IMG/VR virus record: IMGVR_UViG_3300020043_000848
Location: 1 to 25,541 of that record
Reading direction: 5' to 3' (one strand)
Source: a virus
Taxonomy: Duplodnaviria; Caudoviricetes
DNA: 25,541 nt
Positions 24,554 through 25,541 of the stretch are shown here, piece by piece. Each line of letters opens with the position of its first letter. Position 1 is the stretch's first letter. A program made the translations under genes and the position numbers. The notes below the pieces were generated by a model, which was given only the letters and a program-made list of their open reading frames with translations, searched no databases and was not told where the DNA came from.

Positions 24554-24877
24554 ATGGCAACAGTAGAAGTAAAGGGAGAAGTCGTCGGACTTGTCTTCGG
24601 CAACAAAGGCGTTCAGATTCTCGAAACCTTCAAGAGCAAGGACGGCGAGAAGCGCGACGCAAGATACACCGCTTGGCTAGATACTCCGACTAGCTCTCTT
24701 CAGGTTGGGCAGAAAGTATCCGCTCGCGGATTGCTCTCCGCCTCAATCGGAAACTACAAGAACAAAGAAGGCGAAGATAAAACCGTCGTAAACCTCTCGA
24801 TAAACTTCGCAACAATCAAACTAGACGGGTCTGAAGCTCCGGCTATGACCCCTACTCACGAAGAGCTACCCTTCTAG
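24554..24877 (+). CDS. ssb: Single-stranded DNA-binding protein
   Basis: OB-fold pattern (YTAW, LQVGQKVSARGLL, YKNKEGE), acidic EELPF tail; AGAAAGG RBS. Confidence 0.8.
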   Translation: MATVEVKGEVVGLVFGNKGVQILETFKSKDGEKRDARYTAWLDTPTSSLQVGQKVSARGLLSASIGNYKNKEGEDKTVVNLSINFATIKLDGSEAPAMTPTHEELPF

Positions 24878-25041
24878 TGTTTCTCCGTTGGCTAGTCCCG
24901 TCCGCGTCCGGAATCTTATTCGTTGAATTCGCTTCCGAATCTTCCGGCTTCCTACACGTGGTCGGGCTAGTCTTCGGTTGCTTCTATCTCTGGGCCGGAA
25001 TCTCCGAAGCTTGGAATCAGTATGTTCGAACTAACTATTGA
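24877..25041 (+). CDS. Small membrane protein (54 aa)
   Basis: Not in the ORF track: GTG-start MFLRWLVPSASGILFVEFASESSGFLHVVGLVFGCFYLWAGISEAWNQYVRTNY*. TAGTG coupling to ssb. Confidence 0.55.
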   Translation: MFLRWLVPSASGILFVEFASESSGFLHVVGLVFGCFYLWAGISEAWNQYVRTNY

Positions 25042-25423
25042 AGTTCTTGGCGACCCGGCTTCCCAAGGTTCCCACTCCGTAATAAACGGACGAATCGTTC
25101 AAGTCAATTCAGCAAAACACAAGCGGTGGCGCAACGCCGTATCTTTCGCAGCTCTCGATTTGGTCGGGCCGGACTTTGACCTTATCGAAGACCCGGTCGA
25201 ACTCTCAGTCATCTTCTACCTTCCAAGGCCGAAAACAGCAACCCGAGAGTTCCCGGCGGTAATGCCCGACCTCGACAAGCTAATTCGAAGCGTCGGTGAC
25301 TCCCTATCCGGGACAATAATCCGCGACGATTCAAGGATTGTGACCATTACGGCTAAGAAGCTCTACGCGGACGATAGAGGCCCGGGAGCTATTATCAGGG
25401 TAAATACCTTACCTTCGCACTAA
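25022..25423 (+). CDS. rusA: RusA-family Holliday junction resolvase
   Basis: GDPASQGS, FYLPRPK, PDLDKLIRSVGDSL, IRDDSRIV. Confidence 0.92.
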   Translation: MFELTIEVLGDPASQGSHSVINGRIVQVNSAKHKRWRNAVSFAALDLVGPDFDLIEDPVELSVIFYLPRPKTATREFPAVMPDLDKLIRSVGDSLSGTIIRDDSRIVTITAKKLYADDRGPGAIIRVNTLPSH

Positions 25424-25426
25424 AAA

Positions 25427-25460
25427 GCCTTCTACGGGCCTTCTACGGCCCCTGTTTCTT
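25427..25460 (+). repeat. Perfect 11-bp tandem repeat overlapping a weak terminator-like hairpin
   Basis: GCCTTCTACGG x2 (25427-37, 25438-48); GGGCC/GGCCC stem 25436-51 followed by CTGTTTCTT. Confidence 0.55.
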
Positions 25461-25475
25461 CGAACAAGTATTCGA
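25460..25475. promoter_or_regulatory. Actinobacterial-type LexA (SOS) box
   Basis: TCGAAC-AAGT-ATTCGA, one mismatch from TCGAAC-N4-GTTCGA, in non-coding DNA. Confidence 0.6.
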
Positions 25476-25488
25476 ACGAACCCGAATT

Positions 25489-25504
25489 GTAACGATTTGG
25501 TAAC
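25489..25504. promoter_or_regulatory. GTAAC-N6-GTAAC direct repeat (OmpR-family GlnR/MtrA-like box)
   Basis: GTAAC 25489-93 and GTAAC 25500-04, 11-bp period. Confidence 0.45.
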
Positions 25505-25541
25505 ATTCCCAAAAATTGCTCAAAATTTGTGGAAATTCCCG

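Noticed and set aside
20990-25448. CRISPR-like arrays from the short repeats (20990/21112, 23524, 25427)
   Set aside because: Only two copies each, with no regular unique spacers.
1-25541. Stop-codon (TAG) reassignment suggested by abundant TAG/CTAG
   Set aside because: Core genes are full length in the standard code, and TAG terminates several genes (1252, 10431, 12162, 18866, 24877).

Overview
A 25.5 kb stretch of a long-tailed (siphovirus-like) dsDNA phage genome with an HK97-type head. The host is very probably an actinobacterium: there is a whiB gene, GAAAGG-type ribosome binding sites, leaderless TANNNT-N6-start promoters and an actinobacterial-type LexA box. The moderate GC content suggests a low-GC freshwater lineage, which is inference. 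Gene order: DNA-modification pair (3' end of a CmoA-like gene, then a C5-cytosine MTase-family gene), terS, terL, portal, multidomain prohead protease, major capsid, a three-gene glycosyl/cytidylyl-transferase insert, neck and tail genes with a -1 frameshifted chaperone, tape measure, tail tip and a paralogous triad, lysis cassette (M23 endolysin plus membrane proteins), divergent whiB, then recombination and replication genes (YqaJ exonuclease, annealase-like, HNH, initiator with iterons, G39P-like loader, SSB, RusA). The main signal is at the far left. A CmoA (carboxy-SAM synthase)-like gene is translationally coupled to a cytosine MTase whose motif X reads GRSV instead of the canonical GN(S/A)V. 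This is the same Asn-to-basic change that turns engineered MTases into carboxymethyltransferases, so the pair points to a 5-carboxymethylcytosine DNA-modification system. The window also has a strongly skewed oligonucleotide composition: no GATC was found, and CTAG and CpG are in excess. No integrase, tRNA, rRNA or CRISPR array was seen. All family calls come from motif recognition by eye; no database search was run.
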